The position numbers and the translations under genes were made by a program. Below the pieces are notes generated by a model, which worked only from the letters and a program-made list of their open reading frames with translations, was not told the origin of the DNA and searched no databases. DNA of 63,116 nucleotides, the filler included, from Octopus bimaculoides (lineage: Eukaryota), in the NCBI RefSeq assembly GCF_001194135.2. It is 7 parts of 7 records of this genome, joined end to end, with 100 filler letters (N's around TTAATTAATTAA, not from the genome) between each part and the next. Parts side by side here need not be neighbours in the genome. Positions count along the whole stretch, not along the records: positions 1 to 14,051 come from NC_068989.1; positions 14,152 to 18,910 come from NC_068984.1; positions 19,011 to 31,027 come from NC_068997.1; 4 more parts are not named here. One strand, written 5' to 3'. Of this stretch, positions 13,866 to 24,429 are shown one piece after another; the first letter of the stretch is position 1, and each line of letters begins with the position of its first letter.

Positions 13866-14208
13866 AATACACAGGTATGGCTGAGTGGTTAAGAAGTTTG
13901 CTTCCTAGCCATGTGGATCTGGGTTCAATCCCACAGCACAGCAACATGAATTAAGAGTATACTAACATAGCCTTGAGTCAACCAATGTCTTGACAGTGGA
14001 ATTTCATAGATATAATGCATGTGGAAGCCATTATTTATTTATATATATATANNNNNNNNNNNNNNNNNNNNNNNNNNNNNNNNNNNNNNNNNNNNTTAAT
14101 TAATTAANNNNNNNNNNNNNNNNNNNNNNNNNNNNNNNNNNNNNNNNNNNNGGTGGGGCCCAGTTAGAATTTTCTTCAGGTCGAGTAGCCCATTCCGCTC
14201 AAAAGGTC

Positions 14209-14268
<60 letters not shown>

Positions 14269-14269
14269 A

Positions 14270-14787
14270 CACGTCGCACAGTATACAATATCGTGAGGTT
14301 GTTGATTGAAGATATTGTGTCTACCGGGGGTTTGTACTGTTTGTCAAGTCACAGCAAGGAGCTCAGACAGACAGTACTTTACGCAATATGCGTGCAGTTC
14401 CATGTAATGCCGACTTTTGCAATGCACCTAGGTCGTAGAGTATTTCTAAAGTTTTCAGATCTTTTGCTTTGTTTTGTTTTTTTCAGACTGAGTGGTATTG
14501 AGCTCAATGCTCCGATGACAATTGGGATAACCTTTCTGTTCGACTCTCGTAACTTCCACATTTTAGTGATCTCAATTCTCAGGTCTCCATATTTATCAAC
14601 CTTTTCTCCTTCTTTCATGATGATATGTTGATCTCGTCAATTATTATGCACTCTCGTTTGTCCCTCCTAAAGGTTACTCTATCCGGCCTTCGGTGCTCTA
14701 ATATCTTGTTTGTCTGGAAGTCAAAGTCCCAGAGGATTTTTGTCTTCCCCTTTTCGTCCATTACCTTTTCCGGTGTATGTTGGTACC
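14270..14787 (-). mobile_element. R4/Dong-type non-LTR retrotransposon 3' fragment (restriction-like endonuclease)
   Basis: WYQHTPEKV...KILWDFDFQTNKILEHRRPD...KVDKYGDLRIEITKMW...VIPIVIGAL motifs; followed by a (TAA)n tail at 14208-14268. Confidence 0.8.
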
Positions 14788-14788
14788 A

Positions 14789-14860
<72 letters not shown>

Positions 14861-14863
<3 letters not shown>

Positions 14864-16527
14864 TAGTCTTACTTTTATCATGTACTCTCACTGCACTACC
14901 GAGCGCAGCTCTGTGTGTCTTGGGTATGTGTTGTGGTTTGTTGTGGTGTTCTTATTTTCACTGAATTGAAAATGTCTTACGTAGGATGTGTGTGGTGCCT
15001 AGTGGTGCTATTTTCTGAATGTTATATACACTTGTAAGTCTTGATGTTTTGGTTATGTATTTGTCTGAATGTTTTGTTTTTTTTATCATACCGATTGCGC
15101 CCACTATTACAGCAATTTTAGGCTCCACATTCGAGTTACCTCTATTTCCAGATTTTTTGTATTTTAAGAGTTTCTCTGTTTCTTTTAGAGAAACGTTTTC
15201 ATCTGTTGGTATTGATATATCGATTAGAAAGCATCTTTTTTCTTGGTGATCTCTGACAACTGTATCCGGTCTATTAACTTTGATTTCTCTATCTCTATGT
15301 ATTGGCATATCCCAGAGTATGGTTGCTTTCTTCTTTCCTGTGACCTTTTCTGAGGTGTGCCTATATCATCTTTTTTCTGTTGTCATTTCATAATGTTGGC
15401 ATCGCTTCCGGTGTATATAGGTCCCAACTCCGTCACGTCTGTGAATATATTCTTTCTTAACCAGGATTGGGCAGCCAGAGACAATATGATTTATTGTTTC
15501 ATCTTCTTCATCACATATTCTGCAGCTACTTGTATTTATCTTCATTATGTGTTTTTGGTTATCTCTGCTGGGAAGGCTTTGTTCTTGTGTTGCAATTAAA
15601 AATCCTTCAGTCTTTGCTATGAGTCCTGAGCTTTTCAGCCATTGTTGGGATTTTACTTGTCTATTTCTTTTCTGTTTAGCTTATACCAATATTTGCCAGG
15701 AAAGAGCTTTTCTTGCAATCGTTTTATCATGATACGTTGCTGTTCCAGTTTTAGTTTGGATTTCAGTTATTTTACAGCGTTTGTTGTTTCTTCTTCTTTT
15801 TTTCGTAGTTGTCAGATACTATGACTTCTTTTTTGTATTTTTCAGCTTCCTTAAAGACAGAAAACAGCCTTCTTGTTTTGCTCAAATTTTGTGGTTATTT
15901 GTATCGGTTTTCCTTGCTTCTGAACTAGGTATTTCTGTAAACCTATGGCTGTTATTTAGTAATAGTTTTCTAACTGTATAAAGTCTATACCACCTTCAAT
16001 ACGTTGTATATATAACCTTTCTATGTCAGATCTTGGGATGCGCATCCTAAATTCTGTTATTATTTTTCTTGTTTTCCTGTCTATTTTGATTAGTTCATTT
16101 AGAGTCCAGTTAAGAATATTATAGCTGTAACTTACAACTGGGACAGCTAGAGTGTTGAAGCCTATTATCTTTTTCTTTTCTTTTTTAGCATTGAGCTCTA
16201 TTTTCAGTGTTAATCTAACTCGTCTATAATATTCCTTTCTTATCTTCTCTTTCATTTTTGTATGTTGTATCGTATCTAGTTCATTGGTTCCTAAGTACTT
16301 GTACGTCGGGCTTTGGTCTAATTCCCTTATTTGATTTGCTTTACCAAGTGTGTGGTTGTTATTCTTAACTAGTTTTCCTCTTCTCAAAGTTGCTTTGGCA
16401 CATTTTTATAGCCAAATTTCTTGTTTATTTCTTTGGTAATTCCATATACTGTCTGTAGTAATGTCTCCAGCTGTTTATCATTTGTACCATACAGTTTTAG
16501 ATCATTTATATACAAGAGATGGTTGAT
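14861..16527 (-). mobile_element. R4/Dong-type non-LTR retrotransposon, 5'-truncated at the RT YxDD motif, decayed
   Basis: INHLLYINDLKLY, YKYLG...KMKEKIRKEYYRRVRL, NTLAVPVVSYS, NRPDTVVRD...LIDISIP, LGTTHILRK; 3' UTR then (TAA)n at 14788-14860. Confidence 0.85.
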
Positions 16528-17501
16528 CGTTGATGTTCCTCGTGCCATTCAGTAACAATTTTAGCTCTGTGAATTGGCGCATCATTATCCTGAAAGATTG
16601 CGTTTCCCTCCGAAAACAGTTCTGCAACCATATGATTCATTTGATCAGATAAAATGCTTAAATAGTCTTGACTATTAATTCTGCCACGAAGGGAAACCAT
16701 TGAGTTATAGCCAAGATATAGCCTCCCACCACTAGATCATCACAGATCCCCCTCCATGTTTAACAGTTGGAAGAAGGCAGGCTGGGTCAAATGCTTCTTT
16801 TGACTGTCTCCACACGTATACTTGGTCGGTGGTCGGAAATAAGGAAAAGGCTGATTAGTCCGAGGAAATAACATTCTTCCACTGCTCTAGGGACCAATTC
16901 TGTAGGTTTTTACTCCACTCGAAACGCTTTACAACCAACGTTTGTTTTTGAAAGTAGTGGTTTTCTGATTGCAGCCCTCCCGTGAAATCCGGCTTTGGGC
17001 AGCTCCTGGCGAACAGTTTTTGTGGAAACTGGGTTCTCGAGCTTGTCGTTAAGCTCTGCAGTAATTTTGGGAGATGTACTTTTGTGATCCTTTCTAACAA
17101 TTCGTGTATGAGTCCGACGGACCTTATCTGAATGTCTTGGTTTTCTACAGGAATTCTGTTTCGACGAGGAGGTTTTTCCCTCTTTCTCAAAGGCTGTCAA
17201 TACTTTTGAGACAGTACTTCTTGATACACCAAACATTTCAGCCGTTTTCATTACGCTTGCGCCAGCCATACGAACACCAACAATTTGACCTCTTTGAAAG
17301 TCCGATAGATTTGTCTGTCATTTTAATTACCTTTCTCCGATGATATCTGAAAAGAAACAGCAATTTTAGCAAAGCATATTAAGCAACACTAATAATAAAT
17401 AAAGAAAACATAAAAATAAACAAGCTCTTGATGGTTTTATAGATATTTCAAAATTATGATGGTATGATACTAGGTGATTTCATTATTTTGTCCAAACCCT
17501 G
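16528..17501 (-). mobile_element. Tc1-family DNA transposon (DD34E type), 3'-truncated, frameshifted transposase
   Basis: TA|CAGGGTTTGGACAAAATAATG left TIR; MAGASVMKTAEMFGVSRSTVSKV HTH; GRAAIRKPL; VISSDES-like first D; FQDNDAPIH second-D region. Confidence 0.88.
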
Positions 17502-18369
17502 TATATATATATATATATATATCAAAATAAGAAACAAGGATATCCAAAGTTAATGCAAGTTAATGGTCATCTTATCAGACCTAGTGATTCAAAGCTTAAG
17601 AGGGCACTAGCATTTTCTTTGTAGGGAAAGGGAAAGGGGTAAACAGTATAGACAGTAAAGATGGATGATATAGTTATAAAATTTCTTTGGGTTTAGTGAC
17701 AAAACTACTATAGGTGGGGGGTTTCTCTACTAGAAGACCAGTTTATAATGGAGAAGAGGAAGTATTAACATAAGGCACCTAGGTCAAAAGTATATAAAAT
17801 AAAGTTGCTATATTGTGCACAGATACAGTAAATGTTTATTCATAGTTTTCATTAATCAGAATAACGTATCAGTATTGTTTTACATATGCTAAGTTTGAAA
17901 TACTTAAGATACCAATATTTCCTTAATTAATATGTAAATAAATAAAAGCTAATTATAAATTAATAATGAAATAAAAAGAAATAGTGTACAATAATGTAAA
18001 TAATTAATTGATGCAGTATGCAAAAACCATGAAGTGGTATTAATTTAAAATGGTATGGTAAAGTACATTTAGACTAATTTACACCAATATAAAGAACCAT
18101 ATAAGTACACTTTTGGTCTCCTGTATGTAGGTATATATATATATATAAGTTCTGTACAACTCTTTTACACTTTCCTTTAGCCCCTTTCACACTTTCTTCG
18201 TTCCTTCCACTTTTCTTTTTCTCACTCCCACCTCCCTCACATTTCTTGACCTTCATTCTCATCACTTTCCCTCCTCCTTTACTTCACTCTATCCCTTTCC
18301 TTTTTTCTCTCTTTCTCGTCCCTCCCTAATTTTTCAATCTCTCTACCCCTACCTCTCTCCTCTCCTTCC

Positions 18370-18850
18370 ACGTGACCAGTGTTCGGCCAAGCCAGACTTT
18401 TCTATCTTGGTTCAACTACCATCCGTGTAGCATCTCTTATATTCCTTCCCATGACTTTCATCTTCTATGTTCCTGCCGTAAAGCTTCACTTATGCACACG
18501 CCAGCTTAATTCAATTCGTCCTTAGTCGAAAGACACCTGTTGTTAATGTCCTGTTGTTTGCATTTGTAACTGTGTACCATTTCTCCGTTTTTTCTCCGTC
18601 CTTGTTTTCGTATACATTCGCTTGCTTTCTTCCAAAGAACCTAGTGCCCTTAGCTTAGATTTTCTTGGGGCCGGCCAGATTAGAGCAACCTCGACAGTAA
18701 CCGGCCGAAACTGTAAAGACGATCTGGTACTCGACTGAAGGTTGAAAGCTCCAATTGACCCGTCCTTGATTTTTCCTCTCCTTTTTTGTATCGTCTAACT
18801 GCCCGAATGTTTTATTGTCGCCTGTTACGTTTTTGTTCCATTTTTTTTTG
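18370..18850. mobile_element. Interspersed repeat, possibly a Penelope-like terminal-repeat fragment
   Basis: Non-coding, relatively GC-rich, contains CCGGCCGAAACTG; similar GCTCGAAACGT motif at about 19270. Assignment is inference. Confidence 0.3.
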
Positions 18851-19068
18851 TTTTGTTTTTATATATGTGTGTATGTATATATACATATATGTATATATAT
18901 ATACATATATNNNNNNNNNNNNNNNNNNNNNNNNNNNNNNNNNNNNNNNNNNNNTTAATTAATTAANNNNNNNNNNNNNNNNNNNNNNNNNNNNNNNNNN
19001 NNNNNNNNNNGCCTACTGATTTGAGGTCAGCTATTCAGTTCTCACCCGTGGTATGCTGTACACATATG

Positions 19069-19127
<59 letters not shown>

Positions 19128-19369
19128 ACATACACACACAGACACATACACACATACAAACACACACATACAGACACACACAAGATAGATCGCTAGCCAC
19201 TAAGCCTTTTTCTATTTTCTCTCCCTGTTTATTTCTGTATTCCTTTCTATTGAAGTGTGTAACGTAAAAGCTCGAAACGTAAAAGACTTTCTCACTTCCC
19301 GAGCGTTAAACTAACACATCTGTTTGTTGTTTACAGACCCGTCTTCGTCTTTTGTTTTTTTGTTTGAAC

Positions 19370-20757
19370 GTTAAGTTGTTTTTTCTCAGCAGGCACTAAG
19401 TCAATTGTTTTGAAACCTAGCATATATTGATGTCAGAATCACACCTGACACTATTATCCTTACCTTTTCAGAAACTTTTGCCCATATGAGTAATCAGGAA
19501 AGCAAATGTCAAAGAGTGTGTGATTTGCTGAATGCACTCGTCACACCAAAGGAGATTTCAAGAATAGTTGGAGCGTCCATANNNNNNNNNNNNNNNNNNN
19601 NNNNNNNNNNNNNNNNNNNNNNNNNNNNNNNNNNNNNNNNNNNNNNNNNNNNNNNNNNNNNNNNNNNNNNNNNNNNNNNNNNNNNNNNNNNNNNNNNNNN
19701 NNNNNNNNNNNNNNNNNNNNNNNNNNNNNNNNNNNNNNNNNNNNNNNNNNNNNNNNNNNNNNNNNNNNNNNNNNNNNNNNNNNNNNNNNNNNNNNNNNNN
19801 NNNNNNNNNNNNNNNNNNNNNNNNNNNNNNNNNNNNNNNNNNNNNNNNNNNNNNNNNNNNNNNNNNNNNNNNNNNNNNNNNNNNNNNNNNNNNNNNNNNN
19901 NNNNNNNNNNNNNNNNNNNNNNNNNNNNNNNNNNNNNNNNNNNNNNNNNNNNNNNNNNNNNNNNNNNNNNNNNNNNNNNNNNNNNNNNNNNNNNNNNNNN
20001 NNNNNNNNNNNNNNNNNNNNNNNNNNNNNNNNNNNNNNNNNNNNNNNNNNNNNNNNNNNNNNNNNNNNTAGGGTTGGGGTTACGGTTACGGTTAACAGTC
20101 TAGTTAGGGTTAGGGTTAGGGTTAGGGGATTAATACGATATACACCGTTACAGCGCTGTTTTCAACTGAATAGACGTCAGTGATTAGTAGAAATTATCGA
20201 AATAAGACAATTTTTTACATGAAATAAATTCGAATACAAAAATATTTTTCTGTTCTATGACACAAAATAGATAAGTATACGAAGTTTGAAAGTCTTTCCG
20301 TACCAAAAACACTACATAAAACATAAATGAAAACTGGCGCCCCCGTTTTAAAATAGATCCAAGGAATCAACAAAAAAACGTACCAAAGCTTTTATAAAAG
20401 CTCTCAAATCCAAAATCCTAAAGGATCCAACCAAATCCATGAGAAAAATAGCAATTGAACTTGAAGTAGACAACAAGACCATTAGAAATGCAATAAAATA
20501 TGATTTGAGGTTTAAATCTTACACAATAACACCAAAACATTTGTTGACAACAGCTATGAAGGAAAAGAGAGTGGAAAGGTGCAAGAAAATTAATACATGG
20601 TTCAAGAAAAAGGCCTCCATTGTAACGATCTTTTGAAATGATAAAACCTTCACTGTCGATGCTGTTCTGAACCGCAGAAATGACAGATTTATCGCAAAAT
20701 CGACAGTTGAGGTTAAGGGGACATTCAAAACAAAACATCCTGCAAAAGTTATGACAT
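19370..20757 (+). mobile_element. maT (DD37D)-like Tc1/mariner transposon remnant, interrupted by an insertion and truncated by a SINE (left end approximate)
   Basis: MSNQESKCQRVCDLLNALVTPKEISRIVG (HTH) before the gap. After 20361: KILKDPTKSMRKIAIELEVDNKTIRNAIKYDL...KTFTVDAVLNRRNDRFIA...KTKHPAKVM. Confidence 0.7.
20069..20360. mobile_element. Non-coding insertion carrying telomere-like (TTAGGG)n repeats, nested in the maT transposase; left end lost in gap
   Basis: (TTAGGG)4 at 20104-20127 plus degenerate TTGGGG/TTACGG units. The transposase frame resumes immediately after ...GGCGCCCCGTTTTAAAATAGATCC. Confidence 0.55.
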
Positions 20758-21104
20758 TTGCCCAAGGTGCCACGCAGTGGGACTGAACCCGGAACCATGT
20801 GTTTGGTAAGCAAGCTACTTTATTTCATAAATATTTGCCATAGAGGCATTACAAAGAGGGGACGAACAAGGACAAACAAACATAAAAGGGGTAAAGTAGC
20901 TGTATCGATTAAATGTTTACAATTTTAAATATACAATAATACTTACCACACAGCCACTCCTGCGCCTATTTTTAAAAACTTTTGGCAAACAGCACGCTTT
21001 ACGTTTTCTCTTTATTACGCTGGTAGTTTTTGTGTCATCTGAATAATGCCTCGCAGTTGACACTATTATTATTTCTCATTTAAGCACAACGTTTCAAAAT
21101 TTTA

Positions 21105-21540
21105 AGGTGTGGCTAGACAGTAAGAAGATTGCTTCTCAACAACATGTTTCCAGGTTCAGTCCCACTGCGTGGCTCCTTTGGCTATCGTTTCCCACAATAG
21201 CCTTGGCCCGAGCAAAGGCTTGCGAGTGGATTTGGTAGACGGAAGCTGAAAGAAGCTCGTCATATGAGTGTGTGTATGTGTGTGTGCGTGTATGCGTGTA
21301 TGTGAGTGCGCATGCATGCATACATGAGTACGTGTGTTTGTGTTTGTCCCCCACCACCGCTTTACAAATGGTGTGGATGTGTTTATGTCCTCGTAACATA
21401 GTGGTTCGGCAAAAAGGTCCGATAAAATAAGTGCCAGGCTTAAAAATAAGTACTAGGGTCGATTCGTTTGTCTAAAATTCTTCAAGGTGGTGCTCCAGCA
21501 TGGTCACGATCTAATGATGACTGAAACGAGTAAAAGGGGG
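21105..21540 (+). mobile_element. SINE family A, full-length
   Basis: Head, core, internal microsatellite and tail all recognisable. Confidence 0.8.
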
Positions 21541-21554
21541 AAAAGAGTGGATCA

Positions 21555-21779
21555 CTATTAGTAAATCTCACAACGTGAGATATTCAGCAACAGTACTTTG
21601 GAGTAAAGATTATTTGCCAACATAACACGGCAGTCCTGGTTTAGGACGAATGTTGCTGTAATTTAGCCCCAGGAGACAACATATAGCCAGCAGGAGACGG
21701 TGTCTCCTGGGGTTAAATTACGGCAACATTCGTCCTAAACCAGGACTGCCATGTTATGTCGGCAAACAATCTTTACTCC
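21555..21779. mobile_element. Fold-back (long-TIR) element flanked by a 12-bp direct repeat
   Basis: About 80-bp near-perfect inverted arms (21599-21678 versus about 21702-21780) around a short loop. AAGAGTGGATCA occurs at 21543-21554 and at 21780-21791. Confidence 0.75.
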
Positions 21780-21919
21780 AAGAGTGGATCAGTTGCTACC
21801 ATTGACTTCAGTGCTTGTCTGGTTCTTCCTTTTCTCGACCCCGAAACGATGAAAGGTGAAATGACCGCAGAGTGATTTGAACAGAGAAGGCAAAGAGATG
21901 GAACAAATGTCGCAATAAC

Positions 21920-22146
21920 AACAAGGATAATCCTTTTTGTCATAGGCGCAAGGCATCAAATTTGGGGGAGAGAATTAAGTCGATTATATGACCCCTTGCG
22001 TAACTAGTACTTATTTAATCGACCCCCAAAAGGACGAAAGGCAAAGTCGACTCCGGCGGAGTTTGAACTCAGAACGTAGCGGCAGATGAAATACTGCTAA
22101 GCATTTCGCCCGGCGTGCTAACGATTCTGCCAGCTCGCCGCCTTCA
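21920..22146 (-). mobile_element. SINE family B
   Basis: Reverse-complement match; adjacent degenerate copies at about 21820-21920 and 22275-22345. Confidence 0.8.
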
Positions 22147-22149
22147 TAT

Positions 22150-22276
<127 letters not shown>

Positions 22277-24029
22277 GTTTCTACTTGAGGCACAAGGCCA
22301 GAAATTTAGAGAGAAGGAACCAGTTGATTATATCAACCACAGTACAATTTCCCTAAAGATATAAAAACCGGAAATCCTACTCAAAAAACAGTTTGTTTCT
22401 TAAAGACGTCTGTCAAGGTTTGGCTTTCCCAACGGAAATACTTTAAAGCCATTAGACATTAAACATTAAACGAGCTTTTTAATAAAATGCTAACTTTATT
22501 CTGTAATTGGATGAAAGTATAATTGATTAACTGGATCACAGTCCCATAATATTATTCATTTTTATAGAAGCCAGAGGGATAGAAGGTAAAACTGCCAAGG
22601 AAAGGAATGAATTCGGAAACGTAGAAAAAAAGAAGTGAATTGACCCAACTCTGTCGTTTTGCGTCCATCTGTTGAATTAACATAACCTGTTATTGATCGA
22701 CAGGATCAGAATAATGTTTCAGTTCATACCAGTTCAATTACATTAGAGATGATTCGTGTATTTTCTTCACCATCTGTGAACTGGTCACATCTCTAATCGC
22801 CATTATACAGTGCATAAGAAAAGAAAAGAAAAATTTAAATAAGAAATAAATCATTGGAAAACGTACACACGTCTTTCTTCATATTTTATCTCTTTCTCTC
22901 TTTTTGTATCCATCAATAATTGGTGATTCGATACTCGTGTTATGAATATGTAAAAGAAAAGACACCTGTACACATGAAATAGTCGATGTTTACATAGGAT
23001 TTCACTTTTTTATGAGTTTGATAACAGAAAGTTACCAGTTGTTTTAATTACTTACAAATAATATAAAACTATCATACAAGATTAGTTGAAAAATCCTTAT
23101 TGATGTTATCTTAAACGAGCTCTTTAATACTGTGACTTTCTCTAGTATTACGATTTAACAGAGAAGACTGCTAACAGCTTGAAAGACAACTGAGATAAGG
23201 TAAGATGTTGCCATTTTGCAATTATGAGGATGCGTGTCTCAATGGGTATGTGATTGGTGGTTTTGGGGATTTTTGCCCTTTTTTATCTATCATGTTTTAA
23301 TATACTTTCTTGAGAGACGTCTTGTATCTGTTAGAAATCAATATTTTTCAGATGAATCGTAGACCCGATATTTTAATTCTAGTTATAATTCGTTTACAAC
23401 AGCTAATGCTTTGCCGTATAAAGCTAAAGCATTATGCATCTGAAATAAATCAATATATTTTCCTCATGAGATATAACCCTTTATCTGTCCAGGGCAACGA
23501 AATTAAAGGAAATATTACGTTTATTATGGAGGAGAAGAGAAAATATCACAACGTTAAGATTGAGCACTATTCGTTATTGAAATTTGTTAAAGAGAACACC
23601 AGCTTTGATCGAAACCCACAAGAAAAAGTAAATTAGTGGGTTTTAGTTCAACCTGGGTCCAGCAGCATCAAAATGACTTATTTGAAATATGTATATAATT
23701 TACTTATGTTTAGGATTTCAATTTCTTTTTCGTAAGCTCTACCCACAGGAATGACTGGGTGAAACAACAGTCAATTCTCCCTCAAGTTTTGTTTTCTTTT
23801 TCTATTGTCATAAAAAGTGGAAGAGTATATTAGAGAATGTAGTCCTAGGTTACTAAAAGAACTAAGTTATTTTGGCTGAAATGCTTTTCATCATAGATCT
23901 TCTCAATCAGAATTAAGTTGTCGCTAAATGACATGTTATGCAATTTTTCAATTCTACAGCTGAATTCAATGTTTTTCATTGGTGATTTACTTTCATCAAG
24001 ATTTATAATTCGTGTACGAAATATATATT

Positions 24030-24420
24030 CCTTTTTAATATAGGCACAATGCCTGAAATTTTGAGGGAGGGGGGGGCAGTCGATTACATCAACCCTAATG
24101 CTTACCGAACGCTAATTATATCGTCCTCGGCAGTATTTGATCTCAAAACGTAAATAACCGGAAGAAATGCCGCTAAGCATTTTGTCAACTAATCCGATGA
24201 TTCTTCGAATTCGCTGCCCTTCCTGTAGGAAACCTATATTGGTTTCAAATTTTGGCACAAGGCCTGCAACCTCGGGGGAGGAAGGGAGGCTAGTCGATTA
24301 CATCAACCTCAGTGTTCAACTGGTACTTATTTTTTCGATCCCAAAACGATAAAAGACCTCGACGGAATTTGATTTCGGAACGTAAATAGCCGGAAGTAAT
24401 GCCACTAAAGATTTTGTCCA
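24030..24420 (-). mobile_element. Two tandem SINE family B copies
   Basis: Two successive TAGGCACAA/GGCACAAGG...GTCGATTACATCAACC...AACGTAAAT units. Confidence 0.7.
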
Positions 24421-24429
24421 TCGTTCCTA

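Noticed and set aside
20104-20128. True telomere or chromosome fusion site
   Set aside because: Only four perfect units, internal to a transposon-interrupting insertion, with no head-to-head inversion of repeats.
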